Source: Chlorokybus atmophyticus
Taxonomy: Eukaryota; Plantae; Mesostigma and Chlorokybus algae
DNA: 64,000 nucleotides
Reading direction: 5' to 3'
Assembly: GCA_009103225.1 (NCBI GenBank)
Contig: RHPI01001715.1
Location: 1,144,011 to 1,208,010 of the forward strand
This document shows, in pieces, positions 12,309 through 24,432 of the stretch (the first letter of the stretch is position 1; the number at the start of each line of letters is the position of its first letter). The notes beneath the pieces are model-generated. The model did no database searches. It saw nothing but the letters and a program-made list of their open reading frames with translations, and was not told the origin of the DNA. The position numbers were made by a program, and so were the translations under genes.

Positions 12309-14683
12309 CTATGACACCTGAATAGTTTCACCCTTCCGCAAAGCCTGTTCTGCCTTAACCCAGACAAGAGCGTCCTGGTAACCATCATCATGGAACTTGT
12401 CCAGCATGGCGTCTTCTGGTGGCACCAATGCGTACTGCAGCAGCTGCGGCATGAACAGGCAGTAAGCAACCAACTATGCAAGCAGCAACACATAGCAACA
12501 CATCTAGTCACAATGCGTGCTAGCATGCATGACAGGATGGTATGGCTACCTCTAGGACAGGAACGCGCGCAATCTGCGGGTTGTTGTCGGGGCTGATCTG
12601 TACATTACTCATGCGCATCTGCGAAGCAGGGAAAGGAGACACTCTGATTGTTCTCTGGCCAGTTGTGTCTGGCATGAAGGCTGTCACGGCGCCATCAACA
12701 CAGTATCGTCCTCTGAATAGCGTGAAAAATTGTGGCGCCAAGTAGCTGTGCAATGGCAGAGTAGGCCTCAGTAATCGCTTCACGCGTCATACATCAAGTA
12801 CAGTGTGCGGTGTCTGAGCCCTTACCTGGGGATATGGCAGGAAGTTACCAAGGCGTCAATGAGATCTTGACGCGAGTTGAAGTGACTGAGTAGCACTCCG
12901 CGAGGCGTGTAGAAAACATCAGTCACAGCCACTGTGGCATTGCAGCATGTGTCAAATGACGTATTTCAAGCTGTTGTGTCACTTAGTCAGTATAGGACCA
13001 CCAAAGTGCGATATATCCGTAGTCTTCCTTACCCCTTATTCTGCCGGCCACCAGCTCATGTGCGTTTTCTGGCAAGACGTCTTCAAGCACACGTCTCAGG
13101 ACTGCCTACGATGCAGTCACAAGTCAGCACCAAGCCCATGTAATGGAATCCTGCATGCATTCATCCCAAAGTCCAACTGCTTGACCAACTTGATGAAATA
13201 CTCCTCGCTCACCCCAAGACGATGCCGGGTCCCGTTAGCACGGCAATCCGCTGCCAAAACCTTGGTCATGTCCATGCCCCTCTTGACCCCAATCCCCGCA
13301 GCAACGGTGCCGCACACCAGCGCCCCAGCAGACGACCCGGCCAAAGGAGTGTTATCCTAACAAGCGCTTGGACTTAGCGATCTCTTGCCAACAAGACTGA
13401 GTAAACATTCACATCATGACAGCAAGCTCACCAGCATGAAGCCATGGTCTTCAAGACATGCAACGACACCTAGATGGTATGGGAAGAGAAGACCGGCTGC
13501 GCTGAAGGAGAACCCGAGGGGTGCGGTGGGTTGTAAGGCCACCGTGTCGGACAGCAAGGGCGGTGCATCCGACACCAGCCGTCCGCTAGGCAGCAACACT
13601 CTTCGCGACGCAGTCATAAGCCTGCGCAGCGGGTGCACCACTTCCTCATCTTCGGGCAGCAGAGGCTCAGGTATAATGGGTGCAGGTTTTTCTTCTGTGG
13701 CAACTTGTGAGGCCTGCGATACGGTTCAGTAAAGATCAAGGAAGGCGACGCACATTGAGAAAGCACAAAATCGTGCACGCTTAACAATGCCCATGTACTG
13801 CATGCTGGTGTGCAGTTTACACAGGTGACTGCTATCAACTGTGCTTGAGGCGTATTGCAGTGGTTTGCTTTCATGCAGGCCAGCGTTGATACACAGACTA
13901 CGAGGACACATGCAGATAGTGTGCTGCAACTGTTATCCTATGTTGCATGAGGTGTGCAGTCTGCACAGCTGACTTTTAGCGGCTGAAATAAGGTGTTACG
14001 CTTTGTTTTGCACTACAACGGTGATGCATGCCATTAGAATACACATGGACTGATAGACTAATGCCACAGGGTGACAATGTGACGATTATAAATCAGATGT
14101 GTTGTCAACAGAGTGCACGCAAGCTGCTCACCTTCTGGTCGGAGAGCAGGGCGGCAGGCCTCAAACGCAGCAGGCGACGCAGGCGGGGTGTCGTAGCAGA
14201 GAGAGCGGATGGCTGGCCAACAGGCCGCTTTGAGCGCAGCGCACCGGTTGCGGCGGTGGCCTGCGGCTGCTCCGACCTGGCCGTGAGGAAGATATACCTG
14301 CCGACTGCGAGCATCCTCCTCCAGCGGGGCAAGGCTCCGGGAGTGGCGGGACCTGAGGAGGAGGCGGAGGACGACGGGGAGGCGACGGAGGCGGCAGCGG
14401 GCGATCCTGAAGAATCCAATCTACCAGAGGGGCGGGCGACGCTGCCCTGCTGATCTTGCTGCCTCTGCTGCTGCTCGCGCTGGGCTCTGCGCCTGCAAGT
14501 GAGGCCAAGAAACGCCTGCGCCGGAAGAGGCGGAGCCGCTGGCTCCGTAGACGTCGCCGACCCCAAACGTCGCCTCAACACCCCGCCGACGCGCCGCCCA
14601 GCCGCGAGTCGCTGCTGCAGCCGCAACACCTCACTGTCCTGCTGCAGCAACAACACGGGAGCCTTCCTCAGCAGTTGCGCCAT
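12309..14683 (-). CDS. Patatin-like phospholipase/lipase (PNPLA-type, resembling the plant AT1G33270 family), 7 exons, ~495 aa, intact
   Basis: Exons 14683-14132, 13713-13432, 13356-13213, 13105-13033, 12931-12826, 12745-12550, 12443-12309; all GT-AG and phase-consistent. Motifs FSFSAAGLLFPYHLGV, GSSAG nucleophile elbow, SCHIP, VDGA, EDAMLDKFHDDGYQDA. Family assignment is from recalled similarity. Confidence 0.92.
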
Positions 14684-15591
14684 CAGCCACCCCTACCCTT
14701 CCACCGCCACCGCTGCCACCGCCGCCACGCCCCTGCCAGTGCCACTGTGGCGCTGAATTGCCACAGAGCGACACGTAAGCAGCCAGCCGCCGTGAGAGTG
14801 CAGTGTCGCGCAACGACCGTCGGACAGGGGGCAAGGCTTGTGGACCACAGGCGGGAAGCTTCGTTCGCTCTTCGTTCGTCTGGCCGAATGGCTGTGGTTT
14901 CTTGTTATTATATTACACGTTGTACGCTAACATGACGACGCGGTTGACAACACAGAGCCTTGCTTGGGTCCACTAACCTCACCGCCATGCATGAATCTGC
15001 GCAAACCGCTTCCCACGCACACAATCTCAACTACTTTGCGTGCACACAGCGATAGCAAGGGAATGCTAAAGCACATGCATGACATGTGTGATTATACATG
15101 TAACCGTGTATGTAACCCTGCATTTATTAAACCCGTAAAGTACGGCAGTCACGGCGGCGGCAACCATTGGTGGGCGAGGGTGTGAAAGTGACGACGCCGG
15201 GAAGCGGAAGGGAGAAGGGCGTGGGAGTCCTTATCGTTATTGAGGCTGCTGTTGTCGTCAAAACCAGTAACAGCAACCTTTGTGGGCAAGTGATTGATTT
15301 TACTACTGCTACTGGTGCATGCTTGTATGACTGATGGAATGTTAGCTTTGTGTAGGTAGTTGTCGGGCCGCGCGGGGTCAAGTGCAGACTCGTCTCGGGC
15401 TGTCATCATGGCGGTGCCGATGGTGAGAACGTGGTGATGAACTGCCTCACCTTTAGTGGGATATCATAATGAAGGCTAAAAAAGTACCCCCCACATTGCG
15501 GCTGCCACGAGTACTGCTGGTTTCGTTAAGTTATGCATAAGGTCAGCAATGAGGAACATGCTATGGAACAAGGGTAGGAGCAGTCAACGAG

Positions 15592-15775
<184 letters not shown>

Positions 15776-15776
15776 N

Positions 15777-16100
15777 CATATTGATAATCCTGTAAAGGAA
15801 CCTTCCGCAGAGGAGGCTCCACGCAGTAATTGTGCATGCCGTTGTTGCATCCATTACATAAGATCATTAAGTCTTCATCGGCAATGCTGCCACACTTCTC
15901 ACAGCGTTTACTGCGGCCGGGGCGCAGGTGTTGAATGACGTAAAAGCCTGCCACTTGAGGAAGGTGACGTGGCGCACAGTTGCAATTAGTGATGTTGTCC
16001 TTGAGCCGCTTGCCGTTGTTGCCCAAGAGGTCAAGCACCGTAAAGGGTACACCCACATGGCAACTTTTCGGCGGACTGGACCCCTGTCCGTTGCCAGGTC
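15777..16100 (-). pseudogene. Gypsy integrase C-terminus plus PHD finger fragment (DNMT/PHD family)
   Basis: TVLDLLGNNGKRLKDNITNCNCAPRHLPQVAGF matches the sequence at 32700-32830, followed by CEKCGSIADEDLMILCNGCNNGMHNYCVEPPLRKVP. Confidence 0.8.
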
Positions 16101-16599
16101 CACATGGGCCGCGGACTGGTCTCGAGACTGACCTAGATTGGCAAGGAACGGTACTGTTCCCTGTTCCTAGAAACGACAAGTTGATGACAGGCCAATTTAT
16201 GGCCCTAATGTTGGTCCAATGTTTACACAACCGGCCGATGCTGGTACCCAAAAATGGACCAATTTTGTTACCATTTTAGTGGCATGCTGCATCACTGATG
16301 AGCCCGATGCATGGACCATGAATAATCATGCAGCGGTTTAAGTCGACATTGTCATTTGCTTCATTAACCATACTGGTCTTACAGGCTGCAGATTCCATGT
16401 GCATAATAGTGATCAACAGCGTGCACTCAAGAGCTGCAACACATGCATAAAAAAACCTTATGATTTAATAGTATTCCACCTAATACCCTGTATAAACAAC
16501 ACTACAACAATTGCTACACGCTTAAGGCGAGGTGTACGCCTGCACGCTTGCAAAGTGTGCAACTCGCCTGGACGCCTACAGCTGTGCACATGGAGAATA

Positions 16600-17300
16600 G
16601 CATATGTGTGCAAGCACACGCGTGCGCACATGCTTGAGCTCCCGCACGCCGTCCAGCATGCAGCACGCCTGACCCCCTGCAAGCCACCACTGTGTTAGCT
16701 AACACGCATGCCATGCACCTATGTGTGGCAGCAGCAACAGAGGTGTGTATATGCGTGTGCACGCATGCGCACGTGTGCCTTCTGCAGTGCAGGCGTGGGC
16801 GTACATATGTACACGTGTGCGCTTGCAGGCATGGGCAAATAGGTATGCGTGCAAGCTTGCATGTGCATATAGCCGTGTGTGTAAGAATAATGTGAGCCTG
16901 CGTGCATGGGTGCCTGCAGGCGTGCTTATCGGCACAGGCGAGCACACATGTATGCAAGGGCGGAGGGAGAGTTGCACAACCTTTTAAGCGCAAATGTTGT
17001 AGCTTGAATTGCGTGCCATAGCCTAAACCATACAGCACGCTTGAGTATGCACGTCTAGCCACGCACGCGCAAACAAGATTGAACTTCGGCACGTCTGCAG
17101 GCGTGAAGGGCAGCGTACATGTAAGTGCAAGTGCGTGGATGCATATGTTTGCACCCACATGCAATTGCATGTGTCTTTGCGTAGGATATGCACAATGGTG
17201 TGTACGCGTGCGCAAGCACGCGCGCCTGCAAGCAAGCAAGGCACACAGTTGTAGCAAATGAGCAACTACATACCTGCATGGCACTTCTCAAGCTACATTC
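16600..17300. repeat. Low-complexity alternating purine-pyrimidine tract (GCAT/GCAC/GTGT rich)
   Basis: Many overlapping ORFs of C/A/H/V/M/T composition; no conserved domain. Confidence 0.6.
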
Positions 17301-18059
17301 TTCACACGCTGGCACTAGGCACCATCATCATCCCAAAAGAAAAGGGCATACATGTTCACCTACAACTTCTTAACTTGGACTGCACACGTGCAGCTCCACC
17401 TGCTTACAAACAGCCAGCTGCCGCGCCAAGCATAAGTTACAGACTTGTGCGTGGCAACATAGCGAAGAGGGTTACGCTTTGCAAATTTGGGCAATTAGCT
17501 CACACGACATGCGCAAGCTAAGAAGCGCATCCCCCACCTCTCACCTTGTCTCACCAAATACAATACCAATTCCTTTGGCAGCTTGCGCTTCAGCTGCAAA
17601 ACCCAATGGTTGTGACACATAAGTCTGTTGCTCAAGTAGTCATTGACGTAGTGTAGCAGCAACGCAGATGACCACACAACTTGTACTCGTGGCTATGTTG
17701 TACGGCAGACTGCCGGTGGAGACCTTCAACCTGCCAGCAACAATTGTAACATGTGAGCTCAACAGCAGCACTAGCACAAACACAACAGATATGACAACAG
17801 TGACATGACTAGCCAGCAATACCTGCAGGCATTGCCGGCTTGGCTGCAAGGTGTGGAGGAGGAGGCAAGCAGGAGGAGGCGAGCAAGTCAACAAAACTAG
17901 TAAACACGGCTTGGCGAACCAATATTGGGCCAGTACGCTTACGAGACCACCAATGATGTTGCGCGCCGATATTGGCCTGGCCTCGTGGAACAGTGGTCCG
18001 CGCATGAATTGCCCTGTGACCTTCAGCACCTTGTACATGACACGCTGCACGCAGATGTT

Positions 18060-19250
18060 CAGCTGCATGGTGTTTTGGAGGGTGTTATGAGCACGTGCAC
18101 ATGCCATGTAAAAGACAAAGTCCTGCTTCGCCGACTGCGCTGCTTGTAGAAGCCAATGCGTATGCGTTCGTAGCGTAGGGTGTCATTGCGTTCGGCGATA
18201 TGTAGCTTGTTCTTTGTCAGGGGCACCAAGTGGCGGAAGAGGTCAGTGCGGACCTTTAGGTCATAGAGCATGAGGTTCGGGTCTTCAAGGTTGACCAACA
18301 CCCGAGTTGCCTCCTGATGTGTGAGGAAAAGAAGAAGTGGCTCGCGTCCAAACAAGAGTTGGCTAGCCCGTATCAACTCTTGTTATTACAAGTACACCGG
18401 TGTACTTGTGGAGGGCAGCCTGCTTGGACCACCTTGGGAAGGTGATCACTCCGGATGCGCTTGTTGTGGTCGATGACATACTTTTGGAGGGCATTTTTAA
18501 TGGTTGGCATGGTGCGCTCTGCCAAGCCGTCAGCTTGGGAAAATCCTCGGAGGTACGTCTGTGGCCAATGTAGGTATGGTTGATGAGCTTACTGAATGCT
18601 TTGTGGAACGCGGTGGCTTGTCATTCATGACCTTAGCGCAAGAACTAAAGCGGCTGAGGACATGGTCGAGGAATGCTTAAGCAACTCCTCTGCTGCTCTT
18701 GGCTGGTAACGGGAGCAGCTCTATCCATATGGAAAAGAGCACGATCATGACCTGGATGTACTTGCCGCAGGCCGAAGGAGAGGATTTTGCAAAAATGTCG
18801 ATGCCCAGCGGTAGGATATCTCAGAGATGGAAAGTGGATGCAGCGTGGCGCTGCGGGTGTTGAGGCTGACACGGACAAGGTCACAGTGCCCATGGGAGCG
18901 ATTTTCACATATCCGCGGACTGATGTGTACATGCTATGCCACTGGATTTGTGCGCGCACTAACTTGGCTTGAAGCTGACAGTACGCTTGACACCAAAGTG
19001 ACCCAGCTCGGTGTGAAGAGTTGCGATGATGCCTTTTCGTAGATGCAAGGCAGGTACCTCTTGTCCTCAATGCGGATATGTCGAAGGAACGCCCGTCCTA
19101 CAGTGGTAATATCACGTACGCTGGCTTACGCGGTCACGCATTGGTGCACTCATTGATTACAAGACAAAAAGTCCTAGCTGCCTGTGTTGCAGGAAGGCGA
19201 GGGAGTGGGTGTTGAGCCAGTTGTCCTGTTGAAGGTCTGTGTGTGCGTTG
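18060..19250 (-). pseudogene. Decayed Gypsy integrase (DNMT/PHD family); probably the same element as 15777-16100
   Basis: LGHFGVKRT zinc-binding region (~19000), HPQADGLAERT-like core (~18520), LLFGREP..DTLRYERIRIGFYK (18059-18376). Confidence 0.75.
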
Positions 19251-19309
19251 GGAAGGGGGGGGTGGGGGGTTGATGTCGTCAATTACCCCCTCATTGGAGA
19301 CCTCTAGTG

Positions 19310-20167
19310 TGTCGTGCATGCCATGGTCGAGGGTCACGCTGTCTCGGGCACACTGCAGACGAGCGCTCATAAGCGCAGCATCAGCATGCCCACGGCATCA
19401 TTGGAGAAACACAAATAAAGACAACCGCCCAGACATCGGCATGGGCTCGGGGATGAACCTATGTGAGGATCGGTCAGTAGTAGATCCGGTTACGCTCTCC
19501 TCCTTATTATACCTACTGTGCTGTAATACACATAGTAAATAAGCACCTACGATAGGTAGTGCTGTATACACAGTTCTTTGCATGAGTGGATGATGTATTA
19601 CACTGTCAAGTGAGGTGAGTGAATAAGCAACTCAGATATGCTATATCCTAACTAATGCAGCAAACACACCACCGCCAAGCTCACATCAACGACAGGCACA
19701 TCGCACAAGAGCATACCCTGTGTCTCACGTGGTAAGGCAGTCCTTGGCAACCAGGACAGTGTGCTTCCAGTTCAAGTCGCTTCACAAGCTCTTAAAGTCA
19801 GAGTCTCTGCTCTTAGTACTCATAGTGTCACTAGTGAGTCTAGTGACATGACTTCCTACTTATACATGTCAAATCATGACTGTGCAGTGCCATGCGGGCA
19901 TTAGGCCAAAGGTCACATCAAGGCCGTATACTACTACGAAAATAACCCAAGACTTGTTATAGCACAGGAGCTGATAACAGATTCCTAAATGATCAACTAC
20001 ACGCGGTTCCAACAGAGAGGTCTATAGGGTAGCCCTAGCTACATGCTACATGGAGTGCGAGGTAGCTAGCAACAGGCTGGGGCGCGCGCGGTCTCCATGC
20101 TGGTAGCCTGGGGCTGGATGTAGGCATGCTCGAGGAGGACTGGCATGCGAGGGTAGTTGGCATGACA
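19310..20167 (-). repeat. Full LTR (~858 bp) of the DNMT/PHD Gypsy family with 8-bp terminal inverted repeats
   Basis: Plus-strand ends TGTCGTGC..GCATGACA. Homologous to 42598-43167 and, inverted, to 59105-59690, where it precedes gag. Confidence 0.8.
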
Positions 20168-20169
20168 GC

Positions 20170-20418
20170 TGTCGTGCCTACCATGAAGGGTCACGCTGTG
20201 TCGGGCACACTACAGACGAGCGCTCATGCCGTGGGCATGCTGGTGCTGCGTGCAGCATTGGAACACAAACAAAGACAACCTCCCAGACATAGGCTCCCAG
20301 GCATAAGCTCGGGGATGAACCTATGTGAGGATCAATAGTATGATCAATAGTAGAGCTGGTGACGCTCTCCTCCTTACTGTATCTACTGTGCTGTAATACA
20401 CACAGTCAACAAGCCACA
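20170..20418 (-). repeat. Internally deleted 3' LTR of element B2, preceded by a polypurine tract (20419-20424)
   Basis: Homologous to 19310-19545. Minus strand reads AGGGGG|TGTGGC and ends GCACGACA. Confidence 0.65.
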
Positions 20419-20469
20419 CCCCCTGAAGTTCTAGGGTAGCCTCCTGCTCCAGGACTCAGCTTTTACCGA

Positions 20470-20635
20470 CTGTGTGGGGGACCGTTAATGCGGCAGTCAT
20501 CGCACCAATACTTCCACAGCGGCACCTTGTCCTTGGAGGGTAAAGGCAGTAACAGTGCATGCCTTGGTTGCAGCCTTCGCATAACAGCATCACCGGGTCA
20601 TTGTCGGCACTGCCACATTTCTTGCAGCGGTTGCG
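20470..20635 (-). pseudogene. PHD finger at the end of element B2 integrase, separated from the rest by a nested insertion
   Basis: RNRCKKCGSADNDPVMLLCEGCNQGMHCYCLYPP, frameshift, then KVPLWKYWCDDC (C4HC3). Confidence 0.85.
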
Positions 20636-20776
20636 TGTGACGGTGCTCGTGCCTTGTTACATATGAGTTGGTCCAATCAACAACCCTCTCACCAAGACAA
20701 GGTATTTACACCGGAACCTTGCCCCCTCTGCCAAGCACACGCGTGCGCCCCGCCACTCACGTACGTACGCGCGTGC
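20636..20776 (-). repeat. 141-bp terminal fragment of a family-A LTR
   Basis: Collinear with 32012-32152; 14 differences counted (~90% identity). Starts exactly at the LTR TG/CA end. Confidence 0.85.
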
Positions 20777-21612
20777 TGTCATGCGCGAGCATATAGTGTC
20801 ATGTGCATGGTGCCCTCGGGGCTGGCAGCCTACATGGGCCCTATGACTTTGGAGCCCTGAGCCATTATAGAGGCTCTTTATGTTAGGTTTTCACTTGGGA
20901 CTCGAGTTTGGGTCGTCTTTTACGAGTGGGAGGCGTATTCGAGGCGTATCCATAGCCAGATACAGAGTTTTCGGCGTAATTGAGTTAGTATGGTATCCCG
21001 CGCAGCTGTTTGGGAGTCATGACTTGTAGCAGATGTAACTGACAGTTGGAGTGGTGGTTTGGCGTGGGGATGGACTTAAAAGGTGCGTCTTAGTGTGTAT
21101 TTAAAGAGGATAAGCTTTGGGGAGCCATTGCTATCCATTTACTACCACGTATCGGCCTCATAATGACGAATGATGTTATGTAGCTGGTGCAGCCTGTAAG
21201 TCATTAGAAGTTGAAGAGTTGGTTAGGAGTTGGTTGGGCATGGACTCAACGGTGGTATATACGCCTTAGTTGGCTTGTGTTACAATTGGTTGAATGCAAG
21301 TTGGCTCACTGGAGTGCAAGCAAAGCCTTCGGGAAGAGGTTCTTGGCTGAGTGTATGCGTGTGTGCATGCTTGCGTGTGTATGCGCGTGTGCCTTGCTTG
21401 GTTGCCTTGCATGAAGAAGTGTGTATCATTGTTGCGACCTTGATGCACCGTATGAGCTGCCTTAGCATGGGTGAGGACTGAGTTTCATGAGCAAACGGCT
21501 GATTGCAAGTCAAGTTGGGGTCATCTTGCGTTGCTTGTGCAAGGAGATACGCATCTTTCACTTGCATTCAACCCATCAGCTGAGTTTGCTCGAGTTGAAG
21601 TGAGGAGCAGGC

Positions 21613-23058
21613 GTGTTCATGCCCCTACGATCTGGTGAGGATTGGCACAAGAGACCCACGAAGGCGGCTCCAAAGAGAAGAGCGCCGAGAAGGGCGATCA
21701 CTCCGGTGGTGGAGGGCGTTGCTAAAGAGGTGGAGTCTTCGAGTGACGAGGAGTCCGACTTCGAAGACGAGGGTGGGGTGATGTTTGACTCAGCTTCAGC
21801 CATGGATAGCACACCGAAGTTCAGTGGGAGGCACGGCACGGCGGACTTACGCGACTTCATCGACCGCTTCGACTTTGCGATGGTCAAATGGGAGTACCGC
21901 GACAAGTCGGGGTGGGACGAGCACAAGGCCTTCAAGATGCTGCCTCTATACCTTAAGGATGAAGCCTTGAGCACGTGGAGAGAGGTCAAGGAGCAGCTGG
22001 AGATGTGAGAGAGGGCATTGCGCGTGGGTGCACCGGCTGAGTTTAAGGCGGAGTGGAAGAATGAGCAGCCCGTGACTGAGTTCAAGGCGCTTCTAAGGAA
22101 GACTTACCCACAATCAACCCCTGCCAAGGTTCGCGAGCTGAGCTACTTCAAGCGCCACACCGGTGAGACGGCGAGAATGATGTACATGCGTATGCTCAAG
22201 CTCTTAACGGACACGGACTACAAGGTGATGACGGATCAGACCGCGGCGGTGGTGTACCTTCAACAACTTGAGGGGGACTTGAGGCTGAAGGTGGAGACCA
22301 TGTTGACCACTCAGTCAGAGTTTGGTACATACACGCTTGCGGATGTGTTGAAGGTGGCCGAGACGGCCAAGATTCAGCATGAGTACCTCAAGAACATCGA
22401 CCGGCAGCGTCGTGGGTTGAAGTTGCTTGAAGCATCGGAGGAGAAGAGCTCTTCCAAGCCCGTGGCAGCAAGCAAGGCAGCTGGTGGCAAGTCCGGGCAG
22501 CTCAAGCACGCCAACAAAGCGAGTGTGGAAGGTGTGTCGGGTGCCAAAAGCTGGTCGTGCGGCGAGCAAGGTCACATCGCAAAGAATTGTGGGAAGGGTG
22601 GCAAGAAGGACGTGTGTTCTCATTGCAAGAAGGGAGGGCACGTCGAGGCCAAGCGTTGGAGTAAGCACCCAGAGCTGCGTCCACAAGCACGAGGAGGTGC
22701 AGCCGGTGCTCACTCGGGTGTGAAGGAAGAGCCTTCAATGTTAGAGGTGACAAGAGCCCTAGCGGCTATGCAATCTGAGTATGCATCGTTGAAGAGCATG
22801 CTCGAGCGAGGGAAGTGGCCCGAGAGCGGAGGGAGGGATGTGCCTAGCAGCTCCGGAAGCTACCTTGCGTTTGGTGCGCTCCACGGAGGCACGGAGGTGT
22901 CAGCGGCGGCTACAACGAGAGCGTCGGTGCGCGGCGGGGCTGCACCAGCTCCCCCGACTATGATGGTCGAGGAGGAGGCCGCACTCGTCTGCGAGGAGGG
23001 TGTGGACCATGATAGGATGCGTGCACCACCTGCCCGCATGCCAAAGTCATTTGAGTAG
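21613..23058 (+). pseudogene. gag: gag of B1 (one in-frame TGA at 22006)
   Basis: TPKFSGRHGTADLRDFIDRF; knuckles SWSCGEQGHIAKNC and CSHCKKGGHVEAKRW. Confidence 0.85.
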
Positions 23059-23619
23059 CTGCCAACAACCCCGTTGGAGCAAGAGAGTTTGCATCCGGAA
23101 GGTGCGAAGGTGCAGCCGACTGCTACGGCAACGGCGCGACGTGAGGTCGGCGTCGGTAGCGGTGGTGAGCACAAGACAGTGGAGGAGCTGCTCCAAGTTT
23201 GTGTAAAGCTTCTAGAAGAGTCTAAGATGCTTTACCAACAGCCCCCAACCCGAGTCCATGAGGGAAACTCGGAGTTGACAGCGCCGTTGGAGGGTGTCGC
23301 GACGGTGCTGGTCGGGCAGCCTCTTCTTCGCTTGGAGGACCTTGGAGTCACCAAGGAGCAGGTGGTAGGGCTGTTGCAAAGCTCTCTAGACACCATGAAG
23401 AGTGCCTCCACAAAGTCTCATGACCAGATAAGCAAGTCTTAAGGAGATATGATGGCGCAAGTAGGCCGTATGGCTGCGCGGGCAATGCTGGCGGCGTCGG
23501 GAGGGCCCGCGTCGGAGTCGAGTTCTCTCACTCAGCTTGGAAACAAGCTGGAGGAAGGTATGGGGAGTGTAGGAGGGATGTTGGCACAGCTTCCCGCCAC
23601 TCGGCCGGGCTTGAGAGAG

Positions 23620-24060
23620 AAGATTTCGCCCAATGTGGCTATGGTAGACAACCGGAGTGGTCACGTCAGCCTGGACGGCTTTGTACCAGATGTTGTCTTG
23701 GTAGATACAGGCGCACAACCTGTCATCTTAGGTTCCAGAGCTGTGGCAGGCCTAGGACTTACCTCCAAGGAGTGGGAGACATGCCCGTTCATGATTAAGA
23801 CCTCGGCGGGGACCGTCGAGACGGTGCGAGGCATCACCGTGCAGCCGGTGGAGATCCATGTGACTGCAATGGGAGGTGCTACCACATCATTCAGAGTTCG
23901 ATGCCTCATCACGGATGCAAGAGGGTATGATGTGCTGCTCGGACAAGAGTTCTTGTTCCCCGTCGGTGGCGGTGTTGATAATTGGATCGAGCAAGGGTTC
24001 TTTCGGCCGCGTTGGCGCACGGGAGGGGGAGAGAAGGCCTACTTTCCGTTGAGCATCACG
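23620..24060 (+). CDS. pol: Aspartic protease domain of B1 pol (within ORF 23449-25521)
   Basis: VLVDTGAQPVILG..YDVLLGQEFL. Confidence 0.88.
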
Positions 24061-24432
24061 CAAGGGGGTGTCGAGAGGGCTCCAACCTCAGCATCTGCAC
24101 TGTGGGCGTGCTCGAGTTGGCGACCAGCTATGGGGTGGCTTGGTGACAGCGTCGACTTGTACAATGACCATGTGGAGAAGGGAGACGTTGTCTTCAACCA
24201 CATGGAAGAGGAGAGACCTCTGGAGCTGCTACAAGCGGCTCATGCTCAGCAACAAGAGCTGGAGATAGCTGCACAACACCGTGCTCAGCGGCATCAACAA
24301 GCTTATGAGAAGGTTGGCCATGCGTGGACACGAGATGTGATGGCATTGGCGCCTCCGTTGCTGCCCGAGGGTGTGCGAGCTGTACATCCGCCTATCAACT
24401 ACAACACCATTGAGTGGGAGGTCCCCGAGGGC

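Noticed and set aside
15777-15900. PHD finger as part of a PLE or host gene
   Set aside because: Upstream residues match the Gypsy integrase C-terminus of B1 and B2.
16514-17373. Stack of long overlapping ORFs
   Set aside because: Caused by stop-poor purine-pyrimidine low-complexity sequence; no domain signal.
20777-21612. PBS and 3' boundary for the B1 5' LTR
   Set aside because: No GCATGACA-like end or convincing tRNA-complementary site was found; TGGTATC at ~20988 does not extend.
23056-23064. Programmed gag-pol readthrough at TAG
   Set aside because: The context TAG CTG CCA is not a typical readthrough signal and other in-frame stops flank it; CAG to TAG decay is more likely.
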